Source: an uncultured Planctomycetaceae bacterium
Lineage (GTDB): Bacteria; Planctomycetota; Planctomycetia; Isosphaerales; Isosphaeraceae
Direction of reading: 5' to 3'
NCBI GenBank assembly: GCA_963833985.1
Contig: CAWIAD010000002.1
Location: 4,480,001-4,544,000, forward strand
DNA: 64,000 nt
Of this stretch, positions 22,350 through 33,731 are shown one piece after another. The position numbers and the translations under genes are program-made. Below the pieces are notes generated by a model. The model did not search any database. It had not been told where the DNA came from and saw only the letters and a list, made by a program, of their open reading frames with translations. The first letter of the stretch is position 1, and the number at the start of each line of letters is the position of its first letter.

Positions 22350-23212
22350 GTCCCGGCCCCGGGCGCAAGGCACTCGTTGAGGACCTCCGAGAGCCGGATG
22401 CCTGCCTGCGACAGGCGCTTCACCGCCAGGGGCAGATTCGCGTCCTGGTAATCACGGCCGATCCGCATACCGGAAGTGAGCGTGTCCTTCGACCCGGGGA
22501 TGCGATAAGCCTGGCGCGCCCCTTGCAGGCTCTCGTTCACCCAGTCCTCCATCGTCCCGTTCGTCCACTGCTGCGCTTCGGGCCTGCGGGCCAGCCTGAG
22601 CAACTCGTCCAGCAAGTGGCGCTCGTCTCGGTAGCCGTTGCGCAGCAGCCCGGAATCCCAGACCTGGTGCAGGTTGGTGTAGTCATCGCGGAAGAACTCG
22701 AGCTGGAGGCCGTTGCCTCCGCGGTCGCGGCGGTCGCCCACGTGCATCGGCTGGTGTGCGTCCTCGAGCAGATGAACCACGTACCGCAGCGCCATCGCCC
22801 GCCTCCGCCGTGGGGCGTGCGGGTCTGCAAGGACCTTGCGGAACTCCTCGAAGCGCGAGACGACGCAGTTGCCATGGCAGTCGCGCGGGGTGTAACTGGC
22901 GGCGGTGATCGGCACGTTGACGTAGTGCCAGGCTGCGCTGCCGGGAATGTTGCGGCTGTTTTCGTCGGCCCAGGTGGAAGCGTCCGCGAGCGATTCGCCG
23001 GGGTCCAGCAGCTCGCGGATGAGCACACGCGCACGGGGCGTCAGCCGCATCTCGGCAAGCCGGGTGGACGCCCGGTGCGCCATGCGGCCCCATGCCTGCG
23101 CGGGCCCCGCGGCCGCCAGGGTGATCAGCGTCGCGGCAAGCAGCGACAGCGCGGGAAGTGCCGTGCGCAGGGGTGGGGCCGCGGAGGGAGCAGGGGACTG
23201 CCGGCCCGTCAT
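22346..23212 (-). CDS. S1/P1 nuclease, secreted (start uncertain)
   Basis: Signal peptide ending AQA then WGRMAH; STWADE, WHYVN, HLLEDAHQPMH, NLHQVWD zinc motifs. Confidence 0.93.
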   Translation of the reverse strand: MTGRQSPAPSAAPPLRTALPALSLLAATLITLAAAGPAQAWGRMAHRASTRLAEMRLTPRARVLIRELLDPGESLADASTWADENSRNIPGSAAWHYVNVPITAASYTPRDCHGNCVVSRFEEFRKVLADPHAPRRRRAMALRYVVHLLEDAHQPMHVGDRRDRGGNGLQLEFFRDDYTNLHQVWDSGLLRNGYRDERHLLDELLRLARRPEAQQWTNGTMEDWVNESLQGARQAYRIPGSKDTLTSGMRIGRDYQDANLPLAVKRLSQAGIRLSEVLNECLAPGAGT

Positions 23213-23470
23213 CTCACCGCACGTGGCTGGCAATGCGTCGCCGCCGGCCCGGAGCATGGTTGTCATCGCCGATCTCACCTGGAAGCATGAAGAGGAACGC
23301 ATCACCCGTGGCGGCGACCTGCGCCGGGTTTGCTGCCGCGGCCCGCCGGTTCGCAGTGACCGCTTCCTGTCACGGTCGCGTCCGCATCAGCATAGACGCA
23401 AGCCCAGAGGATTTGCTAGTGTGAGCCGCGAGGCATTCCGCTTGCAGAGCTACACGAAGGACAGCAGACG

Positions 23471-25700
23471 ATGGCCCTTGTTGATCCCTATTCCACTTGT
23501 CCCTGCGGCAGCGGCAAGAAGTACAAATGGTGCTGCCAGAAGGCTGAGGCTTACGCCGACCGGGGCCAGCGGCTGGAGGAGAACGGCCAGCACGAGGCCG
23601 CTCTGGCGGTGTACAACGAGGGGCTCGCCAAGATACCGGGCAACGCCTGGCTGCTGCTGAGGAAGGCGATTCTGCTGGTTGAGATGTCCGAGCTCGAGGA
23701 GGCCAGGCGCTGCGTCATGGCCGTCGCGGCTGCTCAGCCCGGGAACGGGAACGCGGCGATCTTGCTGATCCAGCTCGCGATCCAGATCGACGGCCCGGTG
23801 CACGCGGCCGCCGAGCTGCAACGCGCCCTGCTGAACGCCGCTCCGGAAGCACGGCGGTCCTTCTCCCGGCTCATGGGCATGGTGGCAAGCGAACTGGCGG
23901 GACATCACGAGATGACTGCCGGCCTGAAGCATCTCGAGCTCGCCGTCCAGCTTGACGACGCGGAACATCCCGTTTCCAGGCAAGCCCTCGCATCGTTGCG
24001 CCGCAACGCGGCCATCGTTCCCTGGCTGAAGCAGCCGTACGACCTGGAGGAGACGCCCGCAGGGCTCCCCCCCGCTGCCCAGCAGCAGTTCGGTCAAGCC
24101 CTCGGCTGGGCGCGCGAAGGGCTCTGGGATTCGGCGGCCGCGGCCTTCGACCTGATGTCCTCTGACCGGCAGGCCGGCCAGGCAGCCACCTATAATCTGG
24201 GCCTCTGCCGGCTCTGGCTGGGTGAGAGCGACGCGGCGGTCTCCGCTCTGCGGCGCTGGATCGCACGCGAGGGCCGCACCACCAAGGCCGTGGATATGGA
24301 AACCCTCTGCCAGTTGATCGACAGCTCACCCGACCCGGATCCCATCGAGCGCGTACAGCTCTCCTGGCCCTTGCGCAATCGCGCCGGTTTGCAGGCGACC
24401 CTGACCTCCGAGCCCACGATGGTGCAATCCGGAGAGCGGCACCTCGACCCCGAGGACGAAAACTCGCCCGAGGTGACGGCCTACTCCTGGCTCGACCGTT
24501 CGCCGGTGAGGGCTCGTGCCGATCTGACGCCGCGCGAGGTCCCCGTGGTCCTGGCCGACGTGCTGCTGGCCGCCGACACGGTCGTGCTGGAAGCCTTTGA
24601 CGATGGCCGGTTGAACAGCCTGATCGACCGATTCGCCGCGCTGGCCGGCAGGTCCGTGCCCCCGGCTCAGCCGCGCACCAAGGTGATCGGCACGCTCGAT
24701 CGCCTGTCGCACGCGATGAGCTGGCACTGGTATCTTCCCCCCGAGCTCCCGGACCCGGAAAAAGAGCGGATCACCCGCGAACGGCGCGCCAGCCTGATCT
24801 CCACGGTCTGGCCCGAGACCCCGCAGCTGGTCCTCCGGGGCCGAACCCCGGCGCAGGCGGCCCGCGCGGCAGACAGCGAGGTTCCCCTCCGTGCCGCACT
24901 GATGCTCCTGGAATACAACGACGAGCCCCATGCCGGCGATGTGGACTGGAACGCGCTGCGGGAGCGGCTGGGCGTCCCACCCGAACCGGCCATCGATCCG
25001 CAGACCGCCGACGTCGCCAGCGTGCCGCTCGCCCGGCTCGCGTTTCTGCCGGTGCCGCAACTCAGCGACGACCGCCTGGTGCAGCTCTATCTTCGTGCCC
25101 GCGAATGGGGGATCACGTCGGCGGTTCGCAGGGCGGCGCACGAGCTGGTCGGCAGGCCGGTACTCGACACGCTCGGCGATGGCGACCGCCGATCGGTCTA
25201 CCTCTGCCTCTGCTTCGAATCGGTCGACCAGCACGACCGTGCGCAGGCACTGCGGTGGCTGCACGACGGCCAGGCCAAGCTTGGCACCGCGAGCGAAGAA
25301 GACAAGGTGTTCTGGGAGTCTCTGGAGATCCAGGCCAAGGCGCACCTGGACCACCCCGAAAGCTGGGTGCCCGAGCTGGCGGCCCTGCTCCAGCGCCTGC
25401 GCGGGCAAGCAGCGCTGTTTTTCGGTGCTCATGACCCGGATGATCGAGATGGGGCTGGTGCAACCGGTCGAATCACCGGAGCGGCCCGGCGAGATCGCCC
25501 TCGACACCCGGATGCTACAGCAGGTCCTGGAGCATTACGGGCCCAGGATCACGACCTCGTCCGGAGAGATGGGCGTTGCCGCGCGCCAGAGCGGGATCTG
25601 GACGCCCCAGTCCACGGCGCAGCCAGGGGGGATCTGGACCCCGGGATCAGCTCAGAGAGCCGACGAGACGAGCGGCAAGCGGATCATCGTGACCGGTTGA
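23471..25700 (+). CDS. SEC-C motif / TPR protein (frameshift ~25420)
   Basis: N-terminal CPCGSGKKYKWCC; helical repeats; C-terminus in ORF 24930..25700 (GIWTP..GIWTPG). Confidence 0.85.
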
Positions 25701-25750
25701 GCCATGGGCCCGACGCGGCCGGTTCGTCCATCCAGGGAGACCCATCTCGA

Positions 25751-27504
25751 ATGACCGCTGCCACATCACGCGACGCGACTCTCTCGCTCGTGCACGAGGG
25801 GTGGAATCACCTGATGTCTCAGCGTCCGCTGGCCGCCTGGGGAACCTGGCAGCGCGCACTCCGCCTGGATCGGTCCACGGCCGCTGCCCGCATGGCCATC
25901 GAGACGCTCGAGGGCGCCGCCGACCTGCCGATGGCCGCCCGCAAGGTGTACCGCTTCCGCAAGCCGGCAACCGATGCGCGAAAACGCGCTGGGACCGCAC
26001 GCTGGGCAGCCTCGAGGCCGCCGAGCTAGGCGCCACCGCCGATGCCTTCGGCCGGCTTGCGACCGAGGATGCGGACGATGCCGACGCCTGGTTCAACCGC
26101 GCCCTCTGCCTGGCCTGGAACGGCAACAACCGCGAGGCGATCAACTGCCTGGACCAGGTCGTGCGGCTCGAGGCCGACCTCGCCCTGAAGAAGGCCGTGG
26201 AAGCCTGGGCCCTTGCCGAGATCCTCCGCCAGGCCGGCGGCGCCGAGCACCTCTCCGATGACCTTCGCTACGCCTGCACCTTCGCCTGGAGCCACGATCG
26301 CACGGCCGGTCTGCGGGCCGCGTTTCCCGAGATCCGCCAGATTCCCGCCCCGCGTGATCCCACGCGTCCGGAAGATTCGCCGGGAGACCTCGAGGTCCTG
26401 GAGTGGCTGGACCGTGCCTTTCCCGTTGCGGAGACAGTCCGCGGCGAGAGCGACCTGCCGCGCGTACTGGCGACGGTCTACCTCTCCGCCGGAACCATCC
26501 GGCTCTCCAGTCCGCGCGTCGAGACGCTGGAGATTGCCGAGGAGAAGCTGAGGCGCATGCTGGGGCCCGATGCACGGCCTCAGCAGCGCGTTGCCGCACC
26601 CCTGCCCCTGCCCTTCCTCGACGCCGACGTCTGGACCGCGCGCATGCCGGAAGGGCTCGACCACGAGCTCGCTCACCGCCTCATCCGCGAGACCTGCGAG
26701 GTCTACTACGAGAACGAGTGGATTCACCGCCCGCGCCAGGGGCTGGACGGACTCTCACCGCTGGCCGCGTCGCAGGAGGCTCGCAGTGGCGATGCCGTCA
26801 TTGCGGCCAAGCTGGAAGCCGTGATCGAGCTCCGAGAGCAACTGGGCAGCCGGGGCAGCTCGCTCTCCATGTACCAGGGATATCCCTTTGACCGGCTCAG
26901 GCGCCGGCTCGGTCTGGACCTGGTTCATCCCGCGACCGTCGACCCGGACGATTTCTCGTGCGCCAGCGCCGCGGAGCTGAGCGACCAGGTCGCCGGCGAG
27001 CTCGACGACGCCCGGCTCATCGAGACGTTCCGGTCCGCGGCCGGATTGCGCGACGACGCGCTCACGGCGCGCTTCGCCACCGAGCTCACGAAGCGTGAAA
27101 CGGGCCTGCTCGGCCACATCGATCTGACGACGCTCTATGCTCCGCTGGTCCGGCATTCGATGAAGGGAAGCCATGCGGGGGAGGCCCTGGCCTACCTGGA
27201 ACAGGCACGCGCTCTGGGCAGCGCGACGAGCCGTCCCACCTTCGACACCTGGCGCGCCGAGATCTACACCCGCACGGGCCGTCCCGACCTCGCGGCGTCG
27301 ATCTACGAGACGCTCGTCCTCGACTCAGTCTCCGCCCCGCAGGTGGCGCTCGACGCGGCCGAGACGTTCCTGGACAACGGCCACCTGGCAGAGGCCAGGG
27401 CGTTTCTCGATCGCGCACGCGAACTCGCCCGGGACAGCCATGTTCCCTGGGTGGAGAGCCTGGCCCAGCACCATCTTCACAAGCTCAACGGCACGCAGCT
27501 CTGA
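25751..27504 (+). CDS. TPR-repeat protein (frameshift ~25985)
   Basis: GGAG RBS, ATG 25751 (MTAATSRD..WQRALRLD); continues in ORF 25801..27504 (DAWFNRALCLAWNG). Confidence 0.8.
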
Positions 27505-27576
27505 AATGGACCTTACAGCCCAATACCGTTGAAATATTGAAATAGCGATAAGTTAAGTGCAGGCAGAGGTTTGTCC

Positions 27577-27666
27577 CTCGTTCCCACGCTCCGCGTGGGA
27601 ATGCCGTCTGCGATGCTCCGCGTCGATTGCGCCCGTGCTGCGGTGGGGCAATCCGTGGGACGCAGA
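27577..27666. repeat. Left half of REP-like palindromic element (gttcccacgctccgcgtgggaat), split by IS1182
   Basis: Hairpin ttcccacgc-tcc-gcgtgggaa; partner arm at 29317-29359. Confidence 0.8.
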
Positions 27667-27694
27667 GAGGCTGTGATTTTTTCGGAGATCCCCA

Positions 27695-27723
27695 TTGTAC
27701 TGAAAATGTGATCATGATATAAT
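27695..27723 (+). promoter_or_regulatory. Near-consensus sigma-70 promoter for the IS1182 transposase
   Basis: TTGTAC-17 nt-TATAAT with TGn extended -10. Confidence 0.7.
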
Positions 27724-27786
27724 TCAGAACAGCGATGGCCCTCCGTCCTGCTGGCGTTTGCACCCACTCATCCCCGCGAGGCTCCC

Positions 27787-29148
27787 GTGACAATCCTCCC
27801 CCTGCTGCCGGACAACCTCCCCGAGCCCACCCCCGAGCAGGCCGCCAACACGCCCGGTCGGGGCAAACCCAGGCTTCGGGTCCCGCACCGCGATCAGGTT
27901 GAATTCACCTGGACCTCGCTCGACGATCGCCTCGATCCCGACTCTCAGGCCCGCGTCGTCTGGACCATGGTCTGCCGCCTGGACCACGACGCCTGGCTCG
28001 CCGACATCAAGGCCGTCGAGGGCCACGTCGGCCGCGACGCCACCGACCCCCGGTTGCTGGTCGCGCTCTGGGTGTTCGCCACCCTCAAGGGGGTCGGCAG
28101 TGCGCGCGAGCTGGAACGCCTCTGCAAGAACCACCTCGCCTACCAGTGGCTCTGCGGTGGCGTCTCGGTGAACTACCACATGCTCGCCGACTTCCGCTCC
28201 CAGGGAGGCGAGAAGTGGGACGAAATGCTCACCCAGATCGTCGCCACGCTCATGGACGAAGGCTTGGTCACCATGGAGCGGGTGGCCCAGGATGGCATGC
28301 GGGTGCGGGCCGACGCCGGTAAAAGTTCCTTCCGCAGTGGGGAGCGGCTCAAGGAGTTGCTGGCCGAGTCCGAAGCACAGGTCCAGGCGCTCAAAGAACT
28401 GGCTGAAACCAACCCTGACGAACTGTCGAAACGGCAGCGGGCCGCCTGCGCGCGTGCTGCGGCAGAGCGTCAAGCGCGGATCGAGGAGGCGGCACGCCAT
28501 TGCGAGGAGTTGCGGCAGAAGAAAGAGAAAAGAAACAAGGGGAGAAAAGAGAAATCGTCCGAGGCGCGCGCGTCGACCACCGATCCGGAGGCGCGGAACA
28601 TCAACTTCAGCGACGGCGGCTATCGCCCCGCGTTCAACGTGCAGTTCGCCACCGACACGGCGACAGGCATCGTGGTGGGGGTGGACGTGACCAACGCCGG
28701 CACCGACAGCGAGGAAATGCCGCCGATGCTCGATCAACTGGAGACGCGTTACAACGACGTGCCGGATGAGATGCTTGTCGATGGTGGGTTTGCATCTTTG
28801 GACGCGATTGATGCGGTCGAGGAGCGTGGCTGCAAGGTGTATGCACCGATCAAGGACCAGGAGAAGCAGAAGGAGGCGGGCAAAGACCCGTACGCCCGCA
28901 AGCCGCACGACACGGACAACACTGCGGCGTGGCGGGAGCGGATGGGCACGGAGGCGGCGCAGTTGATCTACAAGCTGCGGGCCCAGACGGCGGAGTGGGT
29001 TAACGCGATGTGCCGTAATAGAGGGCTTTGGCGGATGCCGGTGCGTGGCCGGACAAAATGTCGGATCGTGGCGACGCTGTACGCGATCACGCATAATCTG
29101 ATGCACCAGGGGAACGTGCGCACGGCGGTCGCGGAGGGGCAGGGATGA
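27787..29148 (+). CDS. IS1182-family transposase
   Basis: GRDATDPRLLVALW..SARELERLC..YQWLCG..NYHMLADFR; VAQDGMRVRADAG; ASTTDPEAR; LVDGGF; YKLRAQTAEWVNA. Confidence 0.92.
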   Translation: MTILPLLPDNLPEPTPEQAANTPGRGKPRLRVPHRDQVEFTWTSLDDRLDPDSQARVVWTMVCRLDHDAWLADIKAVEGHVGRDATDPRLLVALWVFATLKGVGSARELERLCKNHLAYQWLCGGVSVNYHMLADFRSQGGEKWDEMLTQIVATLMDEGLVTMERVAQDGMRVRADAGKSSFRSGERLKELLAESEAQVQALKELAETNPDELSKRQRAACARAAAERQARIEEAARHCEELRQKKEKRNKGRKEKSSEARASTTDPEARNINFSDGGYRPAFNVQFATDTATGIVVGVDVTNAGTDSEEMPPMLDQLETRYNDVPDEMLVDGGFASLDAIDAVEERGCKVYAPIKDQEKQKEAGKDPYARKPHDTDNTAAWRERMGTEAAQLIYKLRAQTAEWVNAMCRNRGLWRMPVRGRTKCRIVATLYAITHNLMHQGNVRTAVAEGQG

Positions 29149-29316
29149 GGTAAAAAGGGGTAGAAAACAGGCAGCGGAGGGCATTTTCGAGCCTCGATAG
29201 CGGAGAGAACACCCACAGGTGACGTGATCGCAGGGGAACTACCGCGACCCCGACCCCTGATCAATCGACGCACGCCGATGGGAAAACCCGCCGTGCGGTC
29301 GAAAACTCACAGTCTC

Positions 29317-29359
29317 AGAGCGTCCCGACCGGTGTTCCCACGCAGGGCGTGGGTACAAG
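29317..29359. repeat. Right half of the REP-like element split by IS1182
   Basis: agagcgtccc...gttcccacgcagggcgtgggtacaag is an imperfect inverted copy of the 27577 arm. Confidence 0.75.
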
Positions 29360-29474
29360 TCTGTCGCAAGCCGCTTGCCCCGTTTCGTTAACGCTATTTC
29401 AACGGTATTGGCCTTACAGCCGGCCTCGCCGCGGATTCCATCCACCGCGAACGCTCGACGAAGGGAGCGATTTC

Positions 29475-30061
29475 TCACTTCGGCTCCTCGTCCTTGCCGG
29501 CATCCGGAAGCCTCGCGGGGACGACGCTGAAGGCCACGGTCTGGACGGCGGGCGGACCGGGCTCGTTCTGATCGTGCAGGATGATGTCGAACTCGTACTC
29601 GCCGGGGGGAAGGCCCTTGAGCGACACGCTGTTACGCAGGTATCTCGGCCCCAGGGGGCTCGGCTCCCGGGGCTCGTAATCCAGCAGTTTCTGCTTGCGC
29701 AACAGCACGGCCTTCTGCCCCTTGCGGCGGATCTGCCCATCCTGGGTCAGATGCAGGGAATACTGCCCGTCCTTCAAGACCATCTTGTAGCCCAGCGGGC
29801 GGTAGTAGACGAGCAGCTTCTCGTCGGCGGTCTGGGCCGGCGGGACGAGCGGCTCGTACTGCTCGTAGCCGTCGATCGAGCGGCAGACCACCGCCTTGGT
29901 CATGTGCAATGACGTCGGGCTTGCAGCATTCTCCGGGTCCTGACCGGTTGCCCGGCCGCGCACTGCGCGGGCGATTCCTGCACCCCGGTTCGAACCGGTT
30001 CCTGGACAGTCCCGGCTCCGCAGCAAACCAGCAGCAGTCCGATCCGGAAGACTGGGTGCAT
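29475..30061 (-). CDS. Exported hypothetical protein (probable frameshift ~29950)
   Basis: Signal-like MHPVFRIGLLLVCCG in one frame; beta-rich domain (AVVCRSIDGY..LPPGEYEFDIILHD) in ORF 29475..30068. Confidence 0.65.
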
Positions 30062-30122
30062 GAACCAAGGCCTTCGTTCAGAGTGAGACGCGCATCCGGC
30101 CTTCTGCAACGTAACCGCTCGG

Positions 30123-30419
30123 CTAGCCGCCGGCAATAGCTCCGATCACCAGGAACGGCTCAGCGCCGGAGGCAACGGGCTCCGGCAGCGGGGCGTCCGG
30201 CAGTTCGTGAGACAGATCGAGCCCGCAGGCGAAGAACCGAAGAAACGGTCGGCGCCGGCCTGTCACATGGTCGCGGATCGCCCCGCGCAGCACCGGGTAG
30301 CGCGTCTCGAGCGCCTCCAGGACCGTGTGCTGCGTGGGCGGATCCTGGAGATCGAGCCGGACTTCCCCGTCCACGCGGGCCAGCACGCGCAGGTGGGTCG
30401 GAAGGACGACACGGATCAT
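30123..30419 (-). CDS. MoaD/ThiS-family ubiquitin-like protein
   Basis: [19 protein letters not shown]-terminal AIAGG; ATGA overlap with upstream gene. Confidence 0.9.
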   Translation of the reverse strand: MIRVVLPTHLRVLARVDGEVRLDLQDPPTQHTVLEALETRYPVLRGAIRDHVTGRRRPFLRFFACGLDLSHELPDAPLPEPVASGAEPFLVIGAIAGG

Positions 30420-31531
30420 GGCAGTGTCTGGACCTCGACGGAAACGACGGCCGGCAAGTCACGGACGATGGGGGCCCAGGTTTCACCGGCGTCCGCGGAG
30501 GCGTACACCTGGCCGCCGGTCGTCCCGAAATAAACACCGCACTGGTCCAGCGAATCGACGGCCATCGCATCGCGCAACACGTTCACGTAGCAGTCGCCCT
30601 GCGGCAGCCCCTCGGTGAGCGGCTCCCAGTCGTTTCCTCCGGTACGGCTGCGGTAAACGCGCAGCTTACCGTCGATCGGGTAGTGCTCGGAATCACTCTT
30701 GATCGGCACCACGAAAACCGTGTCCGGCTCGTGCGCGTGCACGTCGATCACGAAGCCGAAGTCGGTGGGCAGGTTACCGCTGATCTCGTGCCACGAATCA
30801 CCCGCATCGTCGCTGCGCATCACGTCCCAGTGTTTCTGCATGAACAGCACACCGGGACGGTCACGGTGCATCGCGATGCGGTGAACGCAATGGCCCACCT
30901 CGGCATTCGGATCCGGGATGTACTGCGAGCGCAGACCCCGGTTGATGGGCTTCCACGTTTGCCCGCCGTCATCGGTCCGGAACGCCCCCGCGGCCGAGAT
31001 GGCGATGTAGATGCGCTGCGGATCGGCCGGGTCCAGCAGGATCGTGTGCAGGCAAAGCCCGCCCGCACCCGGCTGCCAGCGCGGGCCCGAGCCGTGCCCG
31101 CGCAACCCGGGAAGCTCCTGCCAGGACTTGCCGCCGTCGGTGGAACGGAACAGCGCGGCATCCTCGACCCCGGCGTAGACCTCGTCGGGATTCGTCAGTG
31201 ACGGCTCGAAGTGCCAGACCCGCTTGAATTCCCAGGGATGCGGCGTGCCGTCATACCACTGATGCGTCCCGGCATCGCCCTCGTACACGAACTTGTTATC
31301 AACCGTCTCCCAGGTTTTCCCCCCGTCGCCGGAGCGCTGGACCATCTGCCCGAACCACCCTGAGGACTGCGAGGCATAGATCCGGTCCGGGTCGACCGGC
31401 GAGCCTTTCATATGGTAGATCTCCCAGCCGCCAAACATGGGGCCGCTCACGTCCCAGTGCTTGCGCATGCCATCGGACGTGAGAATAAATGCGCCTTTTC
31501 GCGTTCCGACCAGCACTCTCACCGAGCTCAT
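30416..31531 (-). CDS. BNR/Asp-box repeat beta-propeller ('exo-alpha-sialidase'-like)
   Basis: VLVGTRKG; repeated [ST]xDxGxxW boxes ([44 protein letters not shown]). Confidence 0.92.
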   Translation of the reverse strand: MSSVRVLVGTRKGAFILTSDGMRKHWDVSGPMFGGWEIYHMKGSPVDPDRIYASQSSGWFGQMVQRSGDGGKTWETVDNKFVYEGDAGTHQWYDGTPHPWEFKRVWHFEPSLTNPDEVYAGVEDAALFRSTDGGKSWQELPGLRGHGSGPRWQPGAGGLCLHTILLDPADPQRIYIAISAAGAFRTDDGGQTWKPINRGLRSQYIPDPNAEVGHCVHRIAMHRDRPGVLFMQKHWDVMRSDDAGDSWHEISGNLPTDFGFVIDVHAHEPDTVFVVPIKSDSEHYPIDGKLRVYRSRTGGNDWEPLTEGLPQGDCYVNVLRDAMAVDSLDQCGVYFGTTGGQVYASADAGETWAPIVRDLPAVVSVEVQTLP

Positions 31532-31612
31532 GGTCCACTCCCTCGCGAGCTCCGCGCTCGCTCTCTTGTTCACGGACACACTCGAGACGCCGGGCGAAAA
31601 CCGGCCTTCACG

Positions 31613-32062
31613 TCAAGGCCGCGCCCACGGCGCCAGGAACCTCATCTCGGGCATCTCGGGCAGACAGGACAGCGATCGGGGCTGCGCAGACAGCGCGGCG
31701 CTCAGTGCGGTGCCGGCAAATCGGAGGAGCTCGAGCACGGGACGGATCTCCACGGTCCCCGCGCGTGCACCGGGAATCCGAGCGGCGATGGCGATGGCCT
31801 CGTCAAGGTCCTGCGCCTCGATCAGGAAATAGCCGCCAAGCTGTTCACGGGTCTCGGCGAACGGGCCGTCGGTGATCATGGTCGTGCCCTCGCGCACCCT
31901 CACGCTCGTGGCGGCCGCCACGGGATGCAAGGGGTTGGCCGCCAGGTACTGGCCCTTCTCGTTGAGGTCGTGAGCCAGTTGCGTGGACTCGATGTAGCAG
32001 TGCTCGCGGCTCTCCTCCGAGAGCTTCTGCTCCTCCTGGTAAATCAGCAGCAGGTATTTCAT
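31613..32062 (-). CDS. YciI/DGPF-family protein (C-terminus possibly extended by an indel)
   Basis: [32 protein letters not shown]. Confidence 0.92.
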   Translation of the reverse strand: MKYLLLIYQEEQKLSEESREHCYIESTQLAHDLNEKGQYLAANPLHPVAAATSVRVREGTTMITDGPFAETREQLGGYFLIEAQDLDEAIAIAARIPGARAGTVEIRPVLELLRFAGTALSAALSAQPRSLSCLPEMPEMRFLAPWARP

Positions 32063-32265
32063 GGCCGGGCGTCCCCCGAGAGATGGGAGATCTGAGCGTG
32101 CGCGGCCTTGCAGGTGAGGTCGATCTCGTCCATGAGCAATGCCATGGCCGATCTCAGTGCGGCCACGGGCCGCTCGGTGGCGCAGATGTAGCTGGCAAGC
32201 GGCTCGACGACGCGCACCAGCTCCCTGACCGTCGCCGGTTCAAGCTCGCGGTACAGGCGGTTCAT
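32059..32265 (-). CDS. Small hypothetical protein (68 aa)
   Basis: [18 protein letters not shown]..; ATGA overlap with the YciI gene. Confidence 0.6.
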   Translation of the reverse strand: MNRLYRELEPATVRELVRVVEPLASYICATERPVAALRSAMALLMDEIDLTCKAAHAQISHLSGDARP

Positions 32266-32380
32266 CTCGGATCTCCTGGTTTCGATGGTTCCTCTTTTCG
32301 GAATCACGATGCTTGCGACACAATGTCGAATGGTGACTGTTCGGATCGACAGGCCCTTCGAAAAAATCGCGGGATCGAGC

Positions 32381-33626
32381 ATGACCGACGACCTGAACAC
32401 GATCATCGATGAGATCTATCGCACGGACTGGGGCCGTCTCGTCGCGGCGATGATCCGCTTCGTCAACGATTTCGAGCTGGCGGAAGAGTGTGTCCAGGAA
32501 GCATTTACAGCGGCCTTGACGGAATGGCGCGGTGCCGGGGTGCCGCAATCGCCGCAAGCATGGATTGTTCAGACCGCCCGGCACAAGGCCATTGACCGGA
32601 TCCGCCGCCGGACGATGATCGCGGAAAAACTGAAGGTCTACGCGGCTCTCAGGTCGGTCACGGACGCGGACGAACTTGACGAGGATTCCGAACACATTCC
32701 CGACGAGCGGTTGCGATTGATCTTCACCTGCTGCCACCCGGCACTGGCCGTGGAAGCCCAGATCGCGCTCACGCTCCGGACCCTGTGCGGACTGGAGACC
32801 GAGGAGATCGCCCGGGCGTTTCTCGTGCCCACGACCACGATGGCCCAGCGGCTGGTACGCGCCAAGCGAAAAATTCGCGATGCCGGAATTCCGTTCTCCA
32901 TCCCCGACCAGAACGACTTGCCGGCACGTCTTGACGCCGTGCTCACGGTGATCTACCTGGTCTTCAACGAGGGCTACGCGGCCACGCGCGGCGAGACGCT
33001 GGTGCGTGCCGACCTCTGCGCCGAGGCAATCCGCCTGGCACGGCTGCTCCGGAGCCTGATGAGCGCCGGACCGCCCGGAGAGGTGGCCGCGCTGCTGGCG
33101 CTCATGCTGCTGCATGATTCGCGCCGCGCGGCGCGGTCCAGTGCCAGCGGCGACCTTGTGCTGCTCGAGCATCAGGATCGCCGGCTCTGGAACCACCCGC
33201 AGATCGCCGAGGCGCTTCCCCTGGTGGAGGAGGCGTTTCGCGCCGGGGTGGGGCCATTCGCCCTGCAAGCGGCCATCTCGGCGGAGCACTGCCGCGCAGC
33301 CCGGGCCGACGAGACTGACTCGGCGCAGATCCTCAGGCTCTACGACCTGCTCGAACGGCTCCGTCCCTCGCCCGTTGTCTCCTTGAACCGGGCTGTGGCC
33401 GTCTCGCAGGTGCACGGACCTCAAGCTGCACTGGCGCTGGTGGAAACCCTCGTGGCCGCCGGCCACCTGGAGGGCTATTACTTGCTGCACGCGACGCGCG
33501 CGGACCTGCTGCGCCGCACGGGTTCGCGATCCGAGGCGCAGACGAGCTATGCGCCGCGCCCTCGAGCTGGCGACCAACGAACAGGAGCGAAAGTTCCTCG
33601 CCCAGCGGCTCCGCGAGCTGGACTGA
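32381..33626 (+). CDS. ECF sigma factor with C-terminal TPR-like extension (ECF42-like), frameshift ~33552
   Basis: [57 protein letters not shown]; ends [18 protein letters not shown] 33624-33626; divergent from DGPF gene. Confidence 0.9.
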
Positions 33627-33731
33627 CACGGGCCAGCAGCTTGTTCGAGGATTGCCTGTCCGGCATCGGGGGCACAGGGTTGTCTTCAGGGCCCCGCGGC
33701 GCGTCGTATATGAGTGCAACCGCCTGCCAGG

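Larger units (their letters stand above)
27667..29316 (+). mobile_element. IS1182-family insertion sequence
   Basis: Imperfect IRs gaggctgtgattttttc (27667-27683) / gaaaactcacagtctc (29301-29316); short duplication aga (or cagag) at both ends. Confidence 0.85.
27521..29410. mobile_element. Non-autonomous MITE-like element (~237 bp without the nested IS1182)
   Basis: 16-bp perfect IR caataccgttgaaata (27521-27536) / tatttcaacggtattg (29395-29410); flanks accttacagcc (27510-27520) and gccttacagcc (29411-29421). Confidence 0.8.
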
